Positions 58,911-64,000 of a stretch of DNA of 64,000 bases are shown here, one piece after another (position 1 is the stretch's first letter; each line of letters begins with the position of its first letter). This DNA comes from Planctomycetota bacterium (GTDB lineage: Bacteria; Planctomycetota; UBA1135; UBA2386): contig OZ245838.1 of the NCBI GenBank assembly GCA_965228735.1, positions 4,800,001 to 4,864,000 of the forward strand, in the 5' to 3' direction. Both the position numbers and the translations under genes were made by a program. Under the pieces are notes generated by a model, which made no database searches, had not been told where the DNA came from, and worked only from the letters and a program-made list of their open reading frames with translations.

Positions 58911-60269
58911 ATGCCGGCTCCCTTTCGCTCGAACGTCTCCGCCGCCGCGCTTGCGGCCGGCGCCTCGCTGCTCTCGGTGACCGCCCTGTCCGCGCAGATG
59001 AGCGCGGACTGGCCCGGCTTCCGAGGGGGCCACCACGACGGTATCGCAGCTGCCAGCAAGCCGCCGACGGAGTGGGCGAGCGACCGCAATCTGCTGTGGT
59101 CCGTCGAGTTGCCGGGTCCGGGTTCGTCGAGTCCGATCGTCGCCGGCGGGCGGGTGTGGGTCTATTCGTACTCCGGCTACGGCGCCTACCTCGACGACGG
59201 GGGCGACCGTTCGAAGTTGGTGCACCACCTGAGCTGTTACTCGGCGACGGACGGCAAGGCGCTCTGGAGCAAGGCCGTGCCGGGGCCGCTCGAGCAGGAT
59301 GCGCGGCGGATCCAGATCTCGCAGCACGGCTTCGCGTCGCCGACGCCGATTCTCGATGGCGAACGGATCTACTGCTACTTCGGGCGCGCCGGCGTGGTCG
59401 CGTTCGACCTCGACGGCAAGCAGCTCTGGCAGACCGATCTCGGCCACCCGGATCCCGACGCGCCGGTCGCGACGAACCAGATCGTGCAGGACGGCAAGGT
59501 CATCCCGTTGCGCTGGGGGTCGGCCGCGAGCCCGGTGCTGTTCGACGGCCTCGTGATCGTGAACTGCTCGGAGGAGAGCAACTCGATCCGCGCGTTGCGG
59601 CAGGAAGACGGTGAACTCGTGTGGCAGCACGAATCGGCCAACCTCGAAGGTACGGCCGTGACACCGGTCGTGTTGGGCGAAGGCGACGACGCGGTGCTGG
59701 TCATCACGCTCGGCGGTGCGATCTGGGGCATGGCGCCGAAGACGGGCAAGATGCTGTGGCAGATCGAGACCAAGACCGGCGGCGGGATGTCGTCGCTGCC
59801 CGTCGCGGATGACGAGCTGGCCTACGTGTTCGGCGGCGACGACGTGAGCTACGCGGTGAAGTGGCGGCGCGACGCCGAGGACCCGCGCGTCGTCTGGGAG
59901 AGCAAGAGCGTCGCGATCCCGTCGCCGCTGCTGCACGACGGCAAGCTGCTCGCGGTGCGCTCGTCGGGGTTCGGCCTGTGGCTCGAGCCGAGCACGGGCG
60001 AGGTCAAGCACGAGGCGCGGCTCGACGGTCGCACGAGCCAGGTCTACGCGTCGCCGGTGATCGCCGACGGACGGATCTACGTCGTGAGCCGCAAGCGCGG
60101 CACGTTCGTCTACTCGGCCGACGGCGCGTTCGAGCTGCTCGCGCGGAACGAGCTCGACGACGACAGTCAGTTCAACGCGTCGCCGGCGATCGCCTCGGAT
60201 CGCCTGTTCCTGCGCTCGGACGAGCAGCTCTACTGCATCGGCGCGGGCGCGAGCGGCGGCGACAAGTAG
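58911..60269 (+). CDS. PQQ-like beta-propeller repeat protein
   Basis: Signal peptide; DWPGFRG, GSSSPIV, ASPTP, YASPV, FNASPAI. Confidence 0.9.
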   Translation: MPAPFRSNVSAAALAAGASLLSVTALSAQMSADWPGFRGGHHDGIAAASKPPTEWASDRNLLWSVELPGPGSSSPIVAGGRVWVYSYSGYGAYLDDGGDRSKLVHHLSCYSATDGKALWSKAVPGPLEQDARRIQISQHGFASPTPILDGERIYCYFGRAGVVAFDLDGKQLWQTDLGHPDPDAPVATNQIVQDGKVIPLRWGSAASPVLFDGLVIVNCSEESNSIRALRQEDGELVWQHESANLEGTAVTPVVLGEGDDAVLVITLGGAIWGMAPKTGKMLWQIETKTGGGMSSLPVADDELAYVFGGDDVSYAVKWRRDAEDPRVVWESKSVAIPSPLLHDGKLLAVRSSGFGLWLEPSTGEVKHEARLDGRTSQVYASPVIADGRIYVVSRKRGTFVYSADGAFELLARNELDDDSQFNASPAIASDRLFLRSDEQLYCIGAGASGGDK

Positions 60270-60272
60270 CGT

Positions 60273-60992
60273 TCAGCGATCGTCGGGATCCGCCGCGTCG
60301 GCGTGGTCGTCGGCGTCGGCGATCACGGCCAGCGCGGCAGCCCAGTCGGGCAGTTCACACTCGCCCTTCGGCGACAGCGCGTAATGTCCGCGCTCGATGC
60401 GGTCGAACCAGCCGTAGTGGTTGGCCTGCAGGATGCCCGCGGCGCGCTGCACGCCGCTCTGATCGCGCACGACGCTGGCCTTGAGGGTGCCGTTCTCGGC
60501 GAGCTGCCGCGCGCAGCGCAGCGCGTCCTGGCGATACGCGGTGAGCCGGACGCGCGTCGCGGAGCCGCCTGGTTCGGGATCGCCGACCCGTTCGACGAAC
60601 TCCTTGAGCAGCCGTGCGCGGCGGCGCTTGTCCGGACGCGGACGATACGGCGCGGGGTCGAGCACGGGCGTGACGTTGCCGCTCGCGCTGACCGTCAGCA
60701 GACCGAAGCCGAGCCGGCGCAGCAGCGCCAGCACCTGCTTGCGTCGCGAGCGGAACGCGGCGCCCTTGCCGTCGTTCTCGCCGAACGCGAGGTAGACCGT
60801 GTCACTGAGGCGGGCGCGATCGACGCCCTGCAGCACGAGTGCGAGAGTGAGTCGTTGCTTGAGCTCGACGATGACCGGCGGCTCGTCGCCGCGGACGGCG
60901 ACGATGTCGCAGCCGTCGACCTCACCCTTGACGGTATAGCCCTGCCGCTCGAGGAAGCGCTTGACGGGCGGGTAGAGCTCGGCCTCTGCCAT
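60273..60992 (-). CDS. DUF2161 putative PD-(D/E)XK-type protein
   Basis: EAELYPPVKRFLERQGYTVKGEV..CDIVA...ELK...LTAYRQDAL...NHYGWFDRI. Confidence 0.85.
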   Translation of the reverse strand: MAEAELYPPVKRFLERQGYTVKGEVDGCDIVAVRGDEPPVIVELKQRLTLALVLQGVDRARLSDTVYLAFGENDGKGAAFRSRRKQVLALLRRLGFGLLTVSASGNVTPVLDPAPYRPRPDKRRRARLLKEFVERVGDPEPGGSATRVRLTAYRQDALRCARQLAENGTLKASVVRDQSGVQRAAGILQANHYGWFDRIERGHYALSPKGECELPDWAAALAVIADADDHADAADPDDR

Positions 60993-61003
60993 CCGCGGCG
61001 ATG

Positions 61004-62299
61004 CTACTTCTTGTCGGTGCGCGGCGCGCGCAGGTCCGCGCAGACGAGCTCTTCGTCGTTGCGCGCGAAGACGTGCCCGTAGGCGAACGCCGGATGGGAC
61101 CAGCAGACTCCGCCGCGACGGTTGAGCTGCGCGCGGGTCGGCGCGATCAGCTGCGCCCGGTCGAGGATCTCGAGGCCGGCGGGCGACAGCTGCGTGAGCA
61201 GCAGTTCGCCGCGTTCGTTGAACATCCACACGTCCTCGCCGTTCTTCACGAAGTGGATCGTCGCCCACCGCGAGCGCGGCACCGCGGTCAGGTCTTCCCA
61301 CACGCGTTCGCCGTCTGCGAACGCGAGGCAGCGCAGCTGACCGTAGCTGTCGACGCCGTAGATGTGCTCACCGATCGCGATCGGCGTCGAGATGATGCTG
61401 TGGAGGCCGTCGGTGCGCAGCTCGTTGCGGCCGCGGCGGCGCCAGAGCTCCTCGACCTTCGGCTCGGTCTGGTCGAGGCGCAGCAGCGCGCAGCCGTCGT
61501 AGAACGCCGTGAGGAACAGGCGGTCACCGTGCACCAGCGGCGTGGCGCACGCGAGCGGCATGTTCTTCGCCTTCAGGGGATACTCCCAGAGCAGCTGGCC
61601 GTCCTGCGGCGCGACACCGACGACGCGATCGCCCGACCAGCAGACGAGAACGCGCCGGCCGGCCTGGTCGATCACGATCGGCGCCGAGTAGTTGCCGCGG
61701 TCACCGAACGCGGTCCAGCGTTCGGCGCCGGTCTTCGTGTCGAACGCGACGAGCCACGCGTCCTTGCCGCTCGCTGGCACGATGAGCAGGTCGCCCTCGA
61801 TCACGGGCGCTGCCGCGATTCCCCAGATCGGCATGTCGATCTCGTACTCGGCGCGGAGGTCGTGGTGCCACACGACCTCGCCGCTGCTCGCGTCGAGCGC
61901 GTGCAGATGGCCGGTCGAGCCGAGGCCGAACGCGAGGCCGTCGTGGACGTGCACCGAACAACGGGGGCCGGCGGGATACGACACGCCGGCGTACGAGCAC
62001 GGATACGAGTGCACCCAGAGCGGCTTGCCCGTGTCCCAGGCGAAGCACCGGATGCGCTCGACCTCGTCCGGCTCGGTCCCGCGATCCATGACGAAGACCC
62101 GCTCGGCGGCGACGGTCGGGCCGCTGTAGCCCGTGCCGATCGGGGCGCGCCAGCGTGGTTCGAGCTCGTCGGGCAGCTCGCGGCGGATGCCCGTTTCGCG
62201 CCAGAGGCCGTCGCGCGTGGGGCCACGCCACTGCGGCCAGTCGTCGCCGGGGCCTTGTGGCGCGAGGGTGGGAAGTACGGCGGCCAGCAGTGCGAGCAT
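61004..62299 (-). CDS. PQQ-like beta-propeller repeat protein
   Basis: DDWPQWRGPTRDG, GYSGPTVA, WSHPAFA. Confidence 0.9.
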   Translation of the reverse strand: MLALLAAVLPTLAPQGPGDDWPQWRGPTRDGLWRETGIRRELPDELEPRWRAPIGTGYSGPTVAAERVFVMDRGTEPDEVERIRCFAWDTGKPLWVHSYPCSYAGVSYPAGPRCSVHVHDGLAFGLGSTGHLHALDASSGEVVWHHDLRAEYEIDMPIWGIAAAPVIEGDLLIVPASGKDAWLVAFDTKTGAERWTAFGDRGNYSAPIVIDQAGRRVLVCWSGDRVVGVAPQDGQLLWEYPLKAKNMPLACATPLVHGDRLFLTAFYDGCALLRLDQTEPKVEELWRRRGRNELRTDGLHSIISTPIAIGEHIYGVDSYGQLRCLAFADGERVWEDLTAVPRSRWATIHFVKNGEDVWMFNERGELLLTQLSPAGLEILDRAQLIAPTRAQLNRRGGVCWSHPAFAYGHVFARNDEELVCADLRAPRTDKK

Positions 62300-62386
62300 C
62301 GCCGGGCACGATACGCGCCGCGTCGCCGCTCGCCATCCCCGTGGGCGTCGGGCGCCCATCGGGGCAGTCGGATCAGGGGCAGCGGA

Positions 62387-63658
62387 TCATGCGTCCGCCT
62401 GGATCCGATAGAGATGCGTCTTCGTGCGCAGCACGAATGCGTTGCCGACGACGGCTGGCGAGGCCATGAAGCCGCTGTTGAGGCGATTGGTCCCGAGCTT
62501 CTCGAACTCGTCGCCGCGCGCGAGCACGACCGTGCGCCCTTCGCGGTCGAAGAAGTAGATGCGGTCGCCGATCGCGATCGGCGACGCCGAGTGTTCGCCG
62601 CCGATTCGCTGGCGCCAGATCGGCTTGCCCGTCGCGGCATCGAGGCACGTGCCGCGCCCGCCGTCGTCGACCATGTAGATGCGACCGTCCGCGAGGATGG
62701 GGGACGGCATCCGCGGGACGTTGCGCTGCCACTGCCAGATCGGCGCCGTGTCCGTGACATCCCCTTCGCCGCCGAGCCGAACGGCGTGCAGTTCCCCGCG
62801 CATGAAACCGGTCGTGAGGTAGACGGTCTCGCCGTCGGTCAACGGGCGCGAGGCCATCGAGAATCCGGGGTGACGCACGCGCCACAACTCGGCGCCCGTC
62901 TCGGGATCGTAGGCCATCGTGCAGCGCGCGCCCGAGCTGATGAGCCACTCCTGGCCGTCGACCGGTACGACGATCGGCGTGCTGTAGGCCTTGCGCAGGT
63001 CCGGTTGGACGCCGTTGAAGTCGGTCGAGCGCGGCGTGCGCCACCGCGTCTCGCCCGTGCGCTTGTCGAGGGCGATCACGTACTGCACGTCGCCGCCGTC
63101 CATGTGGAACACGAGCGCGTCGTCGACGATCACGGGCGAGCTGCCTGGCCCTTCCATGTGATCACAGTGGATGTCGCGGCGTTCCCAGAGCGTCTCGCCG
63201 GAACTCGCGTCGAGGCATGCCGTGCCGTAGGTCCCGAAGTGCACGTAGACGCGGCCGTCCTCGACCGCTGGGGAGGGTGACGCGTAGCTGTTGAGCTTGT
63301 TCTTCGGCTCGGGCCGTTCGTTCGTGAACACGATGCGGTCGTGCAGCACCTCGCCGTTCTGGAACGAGACGGCGACCACGTGCAGGTTGCGGCCCTTCTC
63401 GGTCGCCGTCGTGAGCCAGATCCGCCCCTCGTGCACGAGCGGTGACGACCAGCCCTCGCCCCGGATCGCAGTCTTCCACGCGACGTTCTTCTGCTCGCTC
63501 CACTCGAGCGGCACGTCGGCGTCGGGAAGAAAGCCGTTCCGGTCCGGGCCACGGTAGTCGAGCCAGGATTCGGTCTGCCCGCACGACGGGACCGCCAGTG
63601 TCGAGGTCGCCAGGATTGGAATGGCAACACGGGCGAGACGACGAAACGGCGAGAGCAT
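62387..63658 (-). CDS. PQQ-like beta-propeller repeat protein
   Basis: WLDYRGPDRNG, GWSSPLV, NSYASPSP, FMASPAV. Confidence 0.9.
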   Translation of the reverse strand: MLSPFRRLARVAIPILATSTLAVPSCGQTESWLDYRGPDRNGFLPDADVPLEWSEQKNVAWKTAIRGEGWSSPLVHEGRIWLTTATEKGRNLHVVAVSFQNGEVLHDRIVFTNERPEPKNKLNSYASPSPAVEDGRVYVHFGTYGTACLDASSGETLWERRDIHCDHMEGPGSSPVIVDDALVFHMDGGDVQYVIALDKRTGETRWRTPRSTDFNGVQPDLRKAYSTPIVVPVDGQEWLISSGARCTMAYDPETGAELWRVRHPGFSMASRPLTDGETVYLTTGFMRGELHAVRLGGEGDVTDTAPIWQWQRNVPRMPSPILADGRIYMVDDGGRGTCLDAATGKPIWRQRIGGEHSASPIAIGDRIYFFDREGRTVVLARGDEFEKLGTNRLNSGFMASPAVVGNAFVLRTKTHLYRIQADA

Positions 63659-63677
63659 GACGAGATGCTAACTCGAT

Positions 63678-64000
63678 TCAGCGGGGTGCGCGCTTCTTGC
63701 CCGGCAACTCGTCGGCCGGGATCGTCGCGTAGGGCCGGGGTCGCTGCGCGTCGACCTCGTCGAGCCACTGCATGAGCAGGGTGCGCAGGCGGGCGGCGTC
63801 CTCGGACCGCTGCTCGATCAGGTTCTCACGTTCGCCGAGGTCGGTGGCGAGGTCGTAGAGCTCGTGCGCGTCGTCGTCCCAGTGGTGGATGTACTTGAGA
63901 TCGCCGCGCCGCACGACGGAGCCCATGTGATTGTCGCCGTGGTAGCTGTAGTGCGGGTAGTGCCAGAACAGCGCTTCGCGTTCGAGCTCGCCCTGGCCGG
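63678..64000 (-). CDS. Sulfatase, C-terminal part (5'-partial)
   Basis: LEREALFWHYPHY...SVVRRGDLKYI...ELYDLATDLGERENL. Confidence 0.88.
   Translation of the reverse strand, partial: GQGELEREALFWHYPHYSYHGDNHMGSVVRRGDLKYIHHWDDDAHELYDLATDLGERENLIEQRSEDAARLRTLLMQWLDEVDAQRPRPYATIPADELPGKKRAPR

Noticed and set aside
9933..63280. Numerous long antisense/alternate-frame ORFs (e.g. 26797-29496, 33679-35493, 57828-60011, 61001-63280)
   Set aside because: Arg/Ala/Pro-rich shadow ORFs expected from high-GC codon bias, overlapping well-supported genes.

Overview
High-GC bacterial window, most likely from a Planctomycetota-type genome (inferred from the ECF sigma/Ser-Thr kinase pair, PQQ-type beta-propellers, sulfatase and ELWxxDGT/Kelch secreted proteins). 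1-9850 is a decayed tandem genomic island ending in two 20-bp tRNA-3'-end (att-like) repeats. It holds an IS256, an unusual TGT...ACA-ended four-gene element with two intact DDE transposases and two paralogous HTH/coiled-coil genes, a rolling-circle Rep-like gene, a truncated DUF4810-DUF799 lipoprotein cassette and an IS3. 10-40 kb encodes many secreted proteins, six of which share an unannotated ~125-aa C-terminal domain, plus ECF sigma factors. 37.8-58 kb contains two genes split by in-frame TGA at redox-Cys positions, each followed by a SECIS-like hairpin at the same distance (an AhpD-like CxxU protein and a SelN-like CxU thioredoxin-fold protein). The same region has a YedE selenium-linked transporter, glutathione reductase, a collapsed T2SS E/F operon, a divergent IF-1 and a DUF692 (MNIO) bufferin-type RiPP operon. 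All family assignments come from motif recognition by eye, with no database searches.
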